From NCBI RefSeq assembly GCF_009914755.1, contig NC_060944.1: 64,000 nucleotides of DNA, one strand, 5' to 3'. Position 1 is the stretch's first letter; each line of letters begins with the position of its first letter. Below are positions 40,451 through 53,845 of this stretch, one piece after another. The notes beneath the pieces are model-generated. The model was not told the DNA's origin, did no database searches, and worked only from the letters and a program-made list of their open reading frames with translations. The translations under genes and the position numbers were made by a program. The DNA is from the human T2T-CHM13v2.0 reference genome, Homo sapiens.

Positions 40451-41367
40451 TTTTCTAAAAATCCTTTCCTACCACATAGAAGTTCCTACTGTCTGTACTG
40501 TCTCTGAACTCCTACTCTGTAAATTCCTAGTATGTTCCTGTGCTTCCTTTTCCATTTCCCTTCCCTTTAAATCATATTGTTTCTTTTCTTCTTCAGACTC
40601 TTCATCTCATAGCCTCTAGAGTTGCCATCAAAGAGTCATCAAATTCCTCTTTTCCCTTTATGTAAAAGTATTTAGCCCTTCCGGTGTTTTACTCTTGACT
40701 TCCCTACTGTGACCTAAAGACCTCAGTTTTCACATTCAAAGAACTCTATCAGGTGGTTTCCAAGGTTAAAAAAAGAGGACTTGAACATTTCTTAGGATGA
40801 ATTGTGTTACAGCTCTTGAAAGCAAAAGTGGCTGCAGTAAGTGCTTATTTTCAATAATATTTCTTATCTTTCTGTCAACATTTATTTTAATTTGAATTCT
40901 CTGAGCCAAGGTATTTTTTCCAAAAAAGGTGCATAAATCAATGAATAGTTCATTGCTTTTTATTACTGAGTGATATTACATTTGATAGAGACTACCATCT
41001 TTTTTAAATCTATTCACCAGTTGATGTGTATTTGAGTGTTTTAATTTTTTGGCTGTAATAAATAATATAGCCATATATTTTCATTTCCCCTTAGAATGGA
41101 ATTACTTGATTATAAGTGTATATATTTTTAACTTTTTAAGAAACTGCCAATATGTTTCCCAAAGTGACTGTATTATTTTAAATTTATGCTAGCTGTGTAT
41201 GAGGTCTCCAGGTGCTCTCCGTCCTCACCAACACTTGCTATTTTTGGCTATTTTAAAATTTTACCTGTTTGCTGGCTTCATAGGAGTATCTCTTGTTTTT
41301 TTAATTTGCATTTCGCTTATCTCCAATTATATTAAAATTGTTAATGTGTTTGTTGGCCATTTGTACA

Positions 41368-43638
41368 CAGGCATACTTTGGAGATATTGTTAGTTTAGTT
41401 CCAGTCCACTTCAATAAAGTGGATATTGCAATAAAGCAAGTCACACAAATTTTTTGGTTTCTTAGTGCATATAAAGGTTATGTTTACACCATACTATAGT
41501 CAAGTAAGTGTGCAATAGCATTATGTCTAAAAAAGGAATGTACACAACTTAATTAAAATACTTTATTGCTAAAAATGCTAGTGATCATATGAGCCTTCAG
41601 TGAGTAGTAACCTTTTTGCCAATGAAGAGTCTTGCCTTGATGTTGATGACTATTGACTAATTGGACAACAGTGAATTTTGCTGCATCAATTGACTCTTCC
41701 TTTCATGACAGGATTCTCTGTAGCATGCAATGCTGTTTGATAGCATTTTATAGCATTTTATCCACAGTAGAACTTCTTTCAAAATTGGACTTGATCCTCT
41801 CAGGCTATGCTGCTGCTTTATAAACTAAGTTTATGTAAAATTCTAAATTCTTTTTTTGCCATTTCAACAATTCACAGCATTTTCACCAGGAGCAGATTCC
41901 ATTTCAAGAAACCACTTTTTTTGTTCATCCATAAGGAGCAACTCTTCATCCATTCAAGTTTGACCATGGGATTGCAGCAATTCAGTCCCATCTTCAGGCT
42001 CCAGTTCTAATCTAATTCTCTTGCTCTTGTTACCACATCTGCAATTATTTCTCCCACTGAGGTCTTGAACCCCTAAAAGTCATCCATGAAGGTTGAAATA
42101 AACTTTTCTAATTTTCAGCTATTCAATTTACTTTGTCCAGGTTCTTCAGAGAAATCACTATAGCAACCATAGCCTTCCAAAATATATTTCTTAAATAATA
42201 AGACTTGAAAGTCAAAATTAATCCATGAGCTACAGAATGGATGTTGTGTTAGCAGCCATGAAAACAACATTACTTTCCTTGTACATCTTCATTAGGGCTC
42301 TTGGGTGATCAGATACATTGTCAATGAGCAGTAATATTTTGAAAAGAATATTTTTTTCCTTGGCAGTAGGTCTCAATAGTGGGCTTAAAATATTCAGTAA
42401 ACCATGTTGTAAGCAGATGGGCTTGCCATTCAGGCTTTGTCCACTTATAGATCATAGACAGAGTAGATTTAGCATAATTCTTAAGGACTCCATGATTTTC
42501 ACAATGGTAAATGAGCATTGGCTTTAACTTCAAGTCACCAGCTGGATTACTGCTAACAAAAGAGCCAGCCTGTGCTTTTGAAGCTTTGAAGTCAGGCATT
42601 GAGTTCTCCTCTCTAGCTATGAGAGTCCTCTATGGCATCTTCTTTCACTTTGAGGCTGTTTTGTTCTCATCGAAAATCTGTTGTTTTATATATAAGTACC
42701 TTCATCAATTAACTTAGCAATATTTTCTGGATAACCAGTTGCAGTTTCTACATCAGCATTTGCTGCTTCATCTTGCACTTGTATGTTATAGAGACAATTT
42801 CTTTCTTTAAACCTCATCAACCAGCCTTTACTGGCTTCCAACTTTTCTTCTGCAGCTTCACCTCTCTAGGCCTTCCTAGACTTGAAGAGAGTTAAAGGGT
42901 CTTGATTTGGATTAGGCTGCAGCTTAAAGGAACGTGGTGGCTAATCTGATCTTCTGTTCAAAGAACTAAAACTTTCTTCATATCATCAATAAGGCTGTGC
43001 TGCTTTTTTATTATTTGTGGACTCATTGGAGTAGCACTTTTAATTTCCTTCAAGAACTTTTCCTTTGTATTCACAGTTTGGCTGTTTTGCACAAGAGGTC
43101 TAGCTTTCAGCCTATCTTGGCTTTCGACTTGCCTTCCTCACTAAGCATCATCATTTCTAGCTTTTGATTTAAAGTGAGAGACATGTAACTCTTACTTTCA
43201 CTTGAACACTTAGAGACCATTGTGGGTGATTAATTGGCTTAATGTCATGTTGTGTCTCAAGAAGTAGGGAGGCCCGAAGAGAGGGAGAAAGATGGGGGAA
43301 TGGCCTGTTGGTGAGCTAGTTAGAACACACAACATTTATTTATTAAGTTTGCATCCTTATATGGACATGGTTTGTGGAAACCCAAAACAATTACAATAGT
43401 AACATCAAGATCACTGATTGCAGATCATCTTAATAGAAATAATAATGATAAAAAGTTTGAAATATTGCAAGCATTACCAAAATGTGACACAGAGACACAA
43501 AGTGAGCACATACTGTTGGAAAAATGGTGCTAACAGATTTGCTCCAAGGATGCAGGGTTGCCACAAACCTTCAATTTGTAAAATTGCAGTATCTGCAAAG
43601 TACAATAAAATAAAGCATGATAAAACAAGGTATGCATA
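41368..43638 (-). mobile_element. Near-complete Tigger1 (TcMar) DNA transposon
   Basis: TIR-like caggcatac and aaggtatgc ends, ~2.27 kb, transposase remnant inside. Confidence 0.93.
42321..42599 (-). pseudogene. Tigger1 transposase fragment (pogo DDE domain)
   Basis: MPDFKASK..AGDLKLKPMLIYH.EN...LKNYAKSTL...[13 protein letters not shown]. Confidence 0.88.
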
Positions 43639-44059
43639 TGTATACATATATATTCACTTTTGCAAAGGGTCTCTTAAAATGTTTCACCTATTTTTTTGTT
43701 GGTTTGTTTGCCTTATTGTCAAAGCATTGTTTATATATTCTGGATAGAAGTCCTTTGTAAGCTGTATAATTTTCAAGTAGTTTTCTTTCATACTTTGTTA
43801 TTTACTTTCTTAGGGTTTGATTTCTTTCTTCTTGTTCTCACTTCTTATGATGAAATTTTAGATAATTGATCTTAGACCTTTCTTCTTTTTGAAGGTAAGC
43901 ATGATGGCTGTAAATTCCCCTCTAAGTTCCGTTTTAGCAGAATCTCACAAATTTTGACATGTTGTACTGTTACTATTAATTTGTAATTTAACTCTACTGT
44001 GATCAGAGGACATACTTTGCATGATTTCAGTTCTTTTAAATTTATTGAGACTTTAACAA

Positions 44060-45045
44060 AATAGACTCTATCTTTTTTAGAATGGTTTTAGATTTATAGA
44101 ATTGAGATGATAATACAGAGTTCTCATATACCCTGTAGCTAGTTTCCTCTCTTTATTAACATTGTACATTAGTATGATATAATTGTTACCATTAATAAAT
44201 GAATATTGATATATTATTATTAACTAAAGTCTGCAGTTTATTAAGAACATTAGTTTTTACCTAATGCCCTTTTTTTCTGTTCCAATATTCTGTCCAGGAT
44301 GGTATATTACATCATGTGCTAGCCTAGGAGTCACTAGGTCCACCAGACTCCTCTTGGCTGCACCAGTTTCTCAGACTTTCCTATTTTGATGACCTGAAAG
44401 TTTTGTGTTTTTATTTATTTATTTATTAGACAGAGTCTCATTCTGTTGTCCAGGCTAGAGTGCACTGATGTGTTCTCAGATCACTGCAACCTCCGCCTCC
44501 TAGGTTCAAGTGATTCTCGTGCCTCAGCCTCCTGAGTAGCTGGGATTATAGGCACCTGCCACCATGCCCAGGTAATTTTTGTATTTTTAGTAGATACAGG
44601 GTTTCACCATGTTGGCCAGGCTGGTCTAGCACTCCTGGCCTCAAATGATTCACCTGCCTTGGCCTCCCAAAGTGCTGGGATTACAGGCGTGAGCCACCAT
44701 GCCTGGCCTGATGACCTAAAAGTTTTGAGGAGTACTGGTCAGGTATTTTGTAGGATGCCCCTATATTAGGAGTTGTCTGATGTTTTTCTCATAAGACTGG
44801 GGTTATGGTTACTGGGAAGAAGATGACAGTGATAAAGTATTCTTTTCACATTATGTCAAAGGTATATGATATCAACATAATTTATGACTTAAATCATGAT
44901 TTATCCACATGATGTTGACCCTGCTCACCTAGCTGAGGTAGTGTTTGTCAGGTTTTTCCACTGTAAATGTCTTCTTTTGTCCCTGTATCATACTCTTTGG
45001 AAATAAGTCACTATGCAGAGCCTACATCTAAGGAGTGGGGAGCTA
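44060..45045 (-). mobile_element. L1MC (L1MC1/2-like) 3' end split by an Alu
   Basis: tacagagttctcatatacc...attaactaaagtc...ttttgaggagtactggtcaggtattttgtaggatg...gctgaggtagtgtttgtcagg. Confidence 0.82.
44406..44708 (-). mobile_element. Alu (AluSx/Sz-like)
   Basis: TSD tgatgacct(g/a)aaagttttg at 44387-44405 and 44709-44727. Confidence 0.95.
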
Positions 45046-45924
45046 GTTTTTCTGGTATAAAATTCTTGGTTAACAGATTCCCCCCCGCCAATCCCCTCAA
45101 CCCTTCAGTACTTTCAACATGTCATTACAATGTCTTCTGACCTCCATTGTTTCTGATGGGAAATTAGTAGTTGACCTCATCTTTGTTCCTCTATGTAACG
45201 TGTTTTTCTCTTGCTATTTTCAAAAAAATTTATTTTGTAGGTTTTGGAGAACTTTTTTAAGTACAGAAAGTGTTTTCTTGCTTCAGGAAGTGGATGTTCC
45301 TGTCCCACTGGTGGTAAAGAGTAATGATAATAACAATCAACATGATGTAATCCCTCAGTCACATTTAGAAGTATCAGCCAGACAAGTGTTAAGTACTAAC
45401 AGTTGCTAAGTGATGCTGTGGTTTTAATTGGATCACTCAATAATTTGGTTGAGTTCTTTAGAACAGAATAATAGAAAAAAATTCTATTAAAGAAAAGTAG
45501 GAGAAAGGTAGAAGAATGGCAGTTCTGAGTTCTCACACCTCCAGGATCCATCCCTTCTCCCTTCACTTCCTGAGTAATTCTGTTAGCTTTTTGTAGAAGT
45601 TTGCTTGATCTTTCACTTCAGTGTCTGGTTTCTGGTCTCTTATAAGCTGTTGTAACCTTGACACTACAGAAGGCTTCACCATTGTGTAGAAAGTGTCCTA
45701 TGAAGAAAGAAAATTCTGTAATTTTGAGAATAATTTTGTTGCCAATTCAAACCCATTGTTGTGATTTTCTTGTTGTATAAAATGTCTGTATCTGTGTCAG
45801 ATCCCCTAATCCCTAGAGACATCAGGGGCAGCATCTTGGGAACATTTTGGTGGGAATGCAGTTGGATAGCAAGAGAATTCTATTAGTATTCAAGCTCTGA
45901 TGGGAGGTAAAGAATAAAAAAAAA

Positions 45925-46060
45925 CTAATACTGATTGAGAACCTACCATATGTCAGGTGGCATACTTTGCTTTTTGTGTAATCCTTACAACAATTCTTCA
46001 AGGTAGGTATTAATACACCCAACTTACCCTTGATATTATTCTCGGAGAAGTTTAAACTTC
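45925..46060 (-). mobile_element. MIR fragment
   Basis: attgagaacctaccatatgtcagg...taatccttacaacaattcttcaaggtaggtatta. Confidence 0.65.
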
Positions 46061-46249
46061 TTTTCTCTTTTTTTATTCAACTGATTTTGGCTTCTTAGCT
46101 AGGTTGCGATTGGCAATGTAGAAGATTATCTCATGGTTTGAACCCTAGGTGTCTATTATTCCTCTGACCACAGTTTTGTTCAGTAATGACCCAGGACATT
46201 TGTCCCAATTTTTGAAAGAAGAGTTGAAAGAAGTTTATTTTCCTGCTGC

Positions 46250-46511
46250 ATTTGAACCTGTGAGGATATTACCATGTGGCTGCTGATAGTTATCTTACCG
46301 TTACATGAAATTTGAGGAAGAAATCATGGCTGAGAGCACAGAGAAAGAAAGAGTTAGGTCTGGGTGAAATAGTTTAACTCCTGAATTAACGGATCCCTGA
46401 AGCAAGATTCATCTGTACTTTTTAGTTACATGAGTCACTAAATTCTCCTTTGCTTAAGTCAGTATGAGTAGGGTTTTCTGCCTTTTATAACTGAAATGGT
46501 CCTGACTGATA
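46250..46511 (+). mobile_element. MLT1 (MLT1J-like) LTR 3' part
   Basis: ttagttacatgagtcactaaattctcctttgcttaagtcagt...ggttttctg...tcctgactgata. Confidence 0.7.
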
Positions 46512-46809
46512 TGACCTTTTTTGTTCCTCCATTGAGCACATCTCAGCAAAGCCTTCTTTGGAAAGGGAATTATACTAAATTAATGTAATATTCTTTGATT
46601 CTTTGATCCTACAGCTTGAGGACTAAGTGTCCTTGGGTCAGTCCTGATCTCTTTCTGAGGTTTGGTTTTCCTTTTTGAGGAATGTATTCATTTCCATGTA
46701 AGTGGATTGTATTATATCTCTAATTACGCTTCTTAGTGTAAAATTATCTGGTTTTAGGAAATCCTTATTTCAGACTAAAATGTGAATGACTCTAAGATTT
46801 AATAGAATC

Positions 46810-47030
46810 TACGAGCTTGAGTTTTGAAGTTACAGACACATACATTTGAAAGCTGACTCTGCCACTTACCAGTTATATAACCAAAAGTAAATTTCTTTAT
46901 CTGTTTACATTTCAATATTCCTAATTATAAAGGGGACATAATTCATAGGGTGGTTGCAAGGATTAAATGACATCAGGTATATGGAATCATATGTGGTAAG
47001 CACTCAATACCTGATAGCTATCATCATTTA
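46810..47030 (+). mobile_element. MIR
   Basis: ctgactctgccacttaccagttatataacc...catagggtggttgcaaggattaaatga. Confidence 0.78.
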
Positions 47031-47474
47031 TTACTCCTTCCTAGTGACATCCTTATACGAAAATAGGATTTCCAAAGGTGTGTTTGGTGGAAAACAGTCC
47101 TGCAAAATGCCCTCACAAAAGGATTTCGGAGTCAAATACATTTAGGAAATGCTTATGTTTAATCTTCCCGTATTTTCAAGATATATTAACATATTAAAGG
47201 CGCTAAAAATTCTTCAGTAAATAAATATGCTTAAAGTTGTTGATCCAGCATCCAAAATATATTTGACTACACAATGCTTTTTTCCTTCATAGATGTATAC
47301 CTATTAACATATATTGACAAAAATAGTTAAAACCCTTAAGGGGTGATTTTAGGCATCCATCAGTTGGGTTGAAGCAGTGGAAGGGAGAATTTCTGGGGGG
47401 AGTTCAAGTCTCAGATATGAGCTCCTGTAAGCTCCTACTAGAAAATTGGGCTTTATCCAAAATTTAGCCTAGAT

Positions 47475-47760
47475 CAGCCATTGGCAAACTCTGGCTTGTG
47501 GGCTAGCCACTTGTTTTTGTAAATAAAGCTTCATTAAAACACTTATGTGCATTCATTTATGCATTGTCTGGCTTATGGGCTAGCCACTTGTTTTTGTAAA
47601 TAAAGCTTTATTAGAACAGTTATGTGCATTCATTTATGCATCGTCTATAGTTGCTTTAATGCTGCAAGAGCAGAGTTGAGTGGTAGTGGCAGAGACTACA
47701 GCCTGCAGAGCCTAAAATATTTACTATCTGGCCCTTTTCAGACAACGTTTGTTGGCCCGT
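47475..47760. mobile_element. MER58A with internal 77-bp tandem duplication
   Basis: ttggcaaact...ttgtttttgtaaataaagc (x2)...cctaaaatatttactatctggccc. Confidence 0.88.
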
Positions 47761-48524
47761 GGCCTAATGACAAGGTTGCATCTGTAAGAACTGCATGAAC
47801 TCAAAGTAGATTTCTTTTTTGGTCCGTCTTAGTAAGTTCTTGTTATTCCAGCTCATAAAGTGAGATGCTATCTCCTTATATTAGTAATCCTGACTTCAGA
47901 AAAATATCAAAAGAACCCGATAACTATTTTACTCAAAGGGAGTAGAAGAAGAGAGAAACTCCCTGAAAAGATAGGAATTTATAGCTCATGGAACTGAATT
48001 GCTCTTCAGTGACTTTGCCCTTAAATCTGAACACATAGCAGTTGCTCACTTCCTTAGGAAGCTTTCCCACATCGACACCATATAGTACTGAGTTGTCCTG
48101 TGGAATAAATGACATTATTATAAGCTACTACTATATCTTTCACGATGTCTCCTAAGTTTCACGGTAATTCCTGTTGAGTTACTTTTCGGGTAGCAGTGCC
48201 ACTGAGGGCGACAATAAACAAAATTTCTTCACTGAAGTGATTAAAAACAGCCTCCTTTAGGCTCCATGGGTTTGGATCCATGGCTGTTATCACATCAGTG
48301 GCTCTCAGGAAAATGAATAAGACTTCTGAAAAGAGACACCAAGTTTTTTATTTGTATCACATCATAAAGTGGACCATGTTAACTCCCTGGCTAAAATTTC
48401 TCTCTTTCAATTTTTGGAAGACAGGAATAAGCTGTGCCTTATCATACAAACTAGGAGTCTTTGGTCTCACAGCAGATTTACTTGTGGTGGCAGAAGTTCA
48501 TTTTGAGCTCTGAGTTTTAAGTCT

Positions 48525-48890
48525 CCATTCACTCATTCGTTCAACAATGTACTGAGAACCTATTCATACTTTATGCCACACACTAACTGTGCAGCAGAGT
48601 AAGCAAATTAGATAAGATCCTTGCCTTCATGGAGATGGAAAGTCTAATTGGAGAGATACATGATCAAAAAGTACTCAGATAGCTAGACAACCATAACCTG
48701 TGATACATGCTCTGCAAGAATGAAAAGATGCAGGCGTGACAGGAGACATCATTTAGATAGAGAGGAGGACTTGTGGTGTTGTGTGTAAGGGTATCACCTG
48801 AATCCTAAAAAGTGTGATGGAGCCAGGTCTACCTGGAAGAAGAGGAAACTTTCCAGGTAGAGGGAGCAGCATGACAGGAAGGCTTTTAAT
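48525..48890 (-). mobile_element. L2 3' fragment
   Basis: cattcactcattcgttcaacaatgtactgagaacct...ccttgccttcatggag. Confidence 0.72.
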
Positions 48891-50144
48891 CTGGTGGCTA
48901 CATTTGGAAAAAGACCTCAGTCCCTGGATTCAGACCTTGATACATTCTTAAATTAGTTTAATTTCAAGTAACTTCACCATTCTTGGTCCTAAACTTTCCA
49001 TCTCTTAAATGGCAAGAACAACTTCTACATGAGTGGTTTATAAAAAACCATGGAGAATCTTGCTAATATTTTGATTAGAATTGATGGGAGAAAATAGCTT
49101 TCATGTTAACATCAGCTCATTTGTTAAAATCTTGGTTATAGATGCCAGATGAAATCTTAGCGGTCACTCAAGCATTTCGTAAAGAAGTATTTGTAAAGGG
49201 GTAGGATGAAGCAGAGTCTGAATAGAATTAGAATTTGAATTCCATTTCACATTTTTGTAATGTCAGTCAAATATGACAAATCTGAAATAATATCACTTTC
49301 TTCTAACCTGCCAACTGGAAGAAAAATTCCCAGTGATATTTATGTGATTTATTGTGAGTTAAAAATAAAAACAGATAAAATGAAATGAAATTCTTTTATT
49401 AAGCAATTTGCCCCAAACCCAACTGTACTAATTAAGTCTCCATGGATAAATATATTCATAAATAGTCATGTTTTATCAAAGTCAAATACAGGGCAAACGC
49501 TTACGTTCATGCACTACTAAGCCTGAGTTATTAAATAAAATCTGTGCCATACTCTTTAAATTAAGATTCTATCCATTAATAAATGTTTAATAAAAATGTA
49601 AAGATGGAATATTGTTTGAAGAAGAAAAACATCCCCAGTACTTCCAGTTGAATCCAGCTTAGTGAAATGCAAATTTTATAAATTCCAATCTATCAAATAG
49701 AAATTTTACTATAAAAGGTTTTCATGGAAATAATAGCTGTCAACTATCAATTAATGCACACAGTCCCATTTTCCTTAAGTACTGTATTGAACTTTAATGA
49801 AAGGTTACTTATTCTATCAAATTGCTTTATACTTCGTACCATTAAACTTAACCAAAAATTAACATCAGTATTCCATGAAGAGAACATGCAAACAAAATTC
49901 ACCAAAATGACAGGGGAGCCTAAATGTTTTTGTTGCACACTGAGAAATATGCTTCCACACACATTTTAAAAACGCAAAGAATTCATTTTTAAAACCGATG
50001 CTATCAGAAAATTTAACCCATTCTCAACTGCATGTCTCTCTTATATTTCTTTGCCTCCTTACATTGAGCCATGTATGATATACAAACAATATTTTTAATT
50101 ATGTCAATAGGGCAAAAGCTTAACTCGGCAGAAGCCAGCCAGCA

Positions 50145-50385
50145 TGGCATACAGTAGCAGGACCAAGGACTTGAAGCCAACATATCCAGGTTCAAATTCA
50201 AGCTGTCATTAACTAGCTGTGTAACCCTGGGCTAGTTGCTTAGTCCTCCTGAGGCTTAAATTCTTCATCTGTAACATGAGAACAATAAACTGATCTTTGA
50301 GGACTGCTTTGGGTACTTAGGAGAAAGGTGTATGGGTAAGCTTGGAACATAGGAGGTGTCCAGTAAGTGGTAGCTGTACTTAATG
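50145..50385 (+). mobile_element. MIR
   Basis: ggttcaaattcaagctg...tagctgtgtaaccctgggctagttgcttagtcctcctgaggcttaaattcttcatctgtaa. Confidence 0.82.
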
Positions 50386-50699
50386 ATTTACAGGGGTTAG
50401 GTAAGGATATCAATAAACGAAAGCAGAAAGTCACTGCCCGTGCAAATTAGAGGTGCATATAGATGGGAAGGTCTTAATGCATTTTTATAGTTTTGTAAAA
50501 TCACTCTTATTTAGTTCTTATAGAAGCAATAACGTACATGTGCTGTAATGAAGAGTGATCGATCATAATACTAATGACCCAGGCATGCCCTATGCCCTTT
50601 GAAAACCCCCTAAACACTGGATTAAAATTTTTCCTCCTAAAACCATATGCATATCAATATGAAATGGCATTGAGTGATGCTAAATAAATAAATAAATAT

Positions 50700-51125
50700 G
50701 GTAGAGTCAGGAGATTTGGGTTCTTATCCCAGCTCTCACTCTAGCGGAACACATGTCCTTGAATAGCCCTTCCTCCTTTCCAGACATCAGTTTCCTCATC
50801 TGTCAGATGAGCAGTGGGCAGGTCTAAGTGGGCACGAGTAAATACTAGGGAGAGGTAGGAGCTATGGCCAAATGGAGAGCATGTATTCTTTCTTTCCATA
50901 GGGACATCCTCTCCTCAGTTCCAGCTGACTGTTGCCTTGCTGGACCCTGGACCCCGTATTGCTAGATCTGTAAGAAAAGTCAGAAATTCAGATGTTGAAA
51001 ACAATTAAAAACAATTATTAAAAAACTGTGCTATTCAAGAAAATCCTGTCTCCTGGAAGACTTCACATTTGTGGGCTGCCTGTTTAGAACTTTGGACTAG
51101 ATATTTTCTGAAAGCCCTGACCGGA
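50700..51125. mobile_element. MIR fragment followed by a MER102-like hAT element
   Basis: MIR cagtttcctcatctgtcagatg to ~50815, then ggccaaatggagagcatg...ccagctgactgttgcc...gtattgctagatct. Confidence 0.55.
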
Positions 51126-51229
51126 TCTGCAGTTTTGTAATTTTAGGGAAATCTCTTTTTTGTCTGATTTTCTACACTGTAATCCTGAAAAATGATTTAC
51201 AAAACCCAAATAGATTTTGGCATGAACTA

Positions 51230-51800
51230 AGCTTAAATTAACTGCTCTCTATCGTGAATTAATATTAAGCAGAGCTTGGCAGACACTAAATATTTGTTTT
51301 AGGAATACACACAGCTTCCACTTTCATCTGGGTTAAGCGCTAATCTTTGGCCTGTCAGTTGCAGGATATAGCACTGGATAAATCATGCTCTCTTGAACAG
51401 ATAGATGCCAGGGTGGTTGTATACAAATGGAACAATGTGTCAATGAACACCCGAGTTTGGGTTACATCTACTATAAACATCGACATTCCTTTGCAGTGAG
51501 CCCATTTGCTGGTTAAGCAGTTACAGCTTCGCAAGGTTTGATGCGCCTGTGCCCAATCACGGTGTAATGATTTCAGATGTTTGCAATTAATGAACCATTA
51601 GATTAATTGGCAGAGTATCATAAGAAAGGTGTTAAGAATTGGGTCAAAACCACAGACAAGCTATCACCCACAGGGACAGCAATCACCAGAGGCAAAAAGG
51701 TGAGAAAATGAATTAATGATTTTATTTACCGCTTCTCACCCCTCCCTCCACACACTTTCTTTCTCTGTAAAACATTAGCATTGACCAGCGTCTAAGTTCG
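51230..51800. promoter_or_regulatory. Candidate conserved enhancer with dense homeodomain sites
   Basis: ggtgtaatgatttcagatgtttgcaattaatgaaccattagattaattggc, gaattaatgattttatttac; function is inferred. Confidence 0.4.
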
Positions 51801-52484
51801 CCAAACACAGAAAGGAAGGAGAAAGCTGAAAGGAAAAAGAAAATATGTTTTCATATTCCTACAGTTAAGACTTGATCTTTGGAAAGCTGGGAGTTCCATT
51901 GGTACCAAAAAGTGACACCATTTCTCAGTGTATGCCCAAATCTCTCTCTGTGGGCTTTTTTCCTAAGCTCTTATGTTTTATTAATTATGTAACACATCAA
52001 CCATCTTAGAAAAATGATTAATAGTACTTCAGAAACATGGAAATAAATAAGCCAAGCTTCAATATATGATTATGTAGGCTTGATATAAACCCCAGGGTAG
52101 CCATCTTTTAAGATGTGAGGAGTTTAACACCAAGCTGTCGCTACAGTACTTAAAATCTGGCAGCATAGTGAGTTATTGCCTGGCAGTGGATGGTGCTTCA
52201 GATGAATATGTAATTTGGAAAGTTAAATTAACCCTGAAATATTTTATTTGTTGTCTATTTTCCACTCAGGAAAGAGATCTTCATGTAAACAGAGTCCCTC
52301 TTATTGGCTGAAGTGAAGAGTCATTCTGAGGTGAGCTAAGCCCAGATACTTGGTAAATTTATGGTGGCTGTTATTTTCATAACAAAGAAAGTCAATTTTT
52401 GGAAAAGGATACTACCATGACACACACAAAAAATAATTTTCAAATAAAATCCTGGTGCTTCCTCCATAGTGTGTGTTGTTACCG

Positions 52485-52650
52485 GATATTTTGTTTGGCA
52501 TTTATTTACTTATAGGTTCATTTCTGTCTCCCCACTACGATGTAAGCTCCAGGGGACCAGAAACTTGGTCATTTAGTTTATGGTTCTACCCCCACTGACT
52601 AAGATCCTGGCACACAGCAGGTGCTCAATAAATACTTGTTGAGTGAATGC
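52485..52650 (+). mobile_element. L2 3' terminus
   Basis: tctgtctccccactacgatgtaagctccagggg...cctggcacacagcaggtgctcaataaatacttgttgagtgaatg. Confidence 0.88.
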
Positions 52651-52756
52651 AGAAATGAGTTGTTGTTGTCAAAAGAAAATGGCTTTGGAATTCTGTGTTG
52701 TCCTGGGGGAATACTGATGGGTCCAGGCAGTGACCTTACTGCTCTTGGACAGGCTC

Positions 52757-53845
52757 ATTTATTGGTTTATTCAACCAATCTTTATTGAAGACCTACTATG
52801 TGCCAGGCCCTGTCCTAGGCACTGCAGATTCAGCAGTTAACAACGCATAGTTCCCTAACCTCACAGAACTTACTTTCTTATGAGGAAAGCAGAAATCAAA
52901 CACATGCTTACACAAAGGATCAATTTCATTAAAACTTGGTTACTCTCTTGAAGAAAAAAGTATAGAGCCATAAGAATATGTGATATGGGAGCCTCATCTA
53001 GCTTGGGGAGACTAGGAAGCCTTCCCAGGGAAAGTCACACTTAACCTGAGACCTTAGAGATTAATAGGAGAGTATCTGGAGCAGAGGGAAAGCATGTGCA
53101 AAGGTCCTGGGGAAGGAGCAGCTTCATGTTTGAAATACAGCAAGCAACCAGTGTGGCTGCAGAAGAGAGAGTGGGGAGGACAGTGAGAAGCAAGATGCAA
53201 AGAAAGTTTCAGGTCACAGATCCCATTACTGGGTATATACCCAAAGGATTATAAATCATGCTACTATAAAGACACATGCACATGTATGTTTATTACGGCA
53301 GTATTCACAATAGCAAAGGCTTGAAACCAACCCAAATGTCCATCAATGACAGACTGGACTAAGAAAATGTGGCACATATACACCATGGAATACTATGTAG
53401 CCATAAAAAAGATGAGTTCATGTCCTTTGCAGGGACATGGATGAAGCTGGAAACCATCATTCTAAGCAAACTATCACAAGGACAGAAAACCAAACACCAC
53501 ATGTTCTCACTAGTAGGTGGGAGTTGAACAACGGACAAAGGGCGGGGAACATCACACACCGGGGCCTGTCAGGGGGTAGGGGGTTGGGGGAGGGATAGCA
53601 TTAGGAGAAATACCTAATGTAAATGACAAGTTGATGGGTACAGCAAACCAACATGGCACATGCATACCTATGTAACAAATCTGCACGTTGTGCACATGTA
53701 CCCTAGAACTTAAAGTGTAATAAAAAAAAAAAAAGAAAAAAGTTTCGAGTCAAATTACTAGATCTGTGAAGGCCCGTTTCTGCCCTTATCCTGAAAGAAA
53801 TGAGGTGTCATTGAAGTGTTCCAAATAAGATAGGAAAGTCATCAA
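52757..53845 (-). mobile_element. L2 3' region split by an L1PA
   Basis: attcaaccaatctttattgaagacctactatgtgccaggccctgtcctaggcactg...agcatgtgcaaaggtcctgggg. Confidence 0.82.
53217..53738 (+). mobile_element. 5'-truncated L1PA (about L1PA5-7) 3' end
   Basis: atcccattactgggtatatacccaaagg...cacatgtaccctagaacttaaag plus A-tail; TSD aaagtttc(ag/ga)gtca at 53203-53216 and 53739-53752. Confidence 0.95.

Larger units (their letters stand above)
40930..44060 (-). mobile_element. Old L1M fragments flanking Tigger1
   Basis: aagaaactgccaatatgtttcccaaagtg...ttaatttgcatttc...ttggccatttgta before, ttatatattctggatagaagtcc after Tigger1. Confidence 0.65.
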
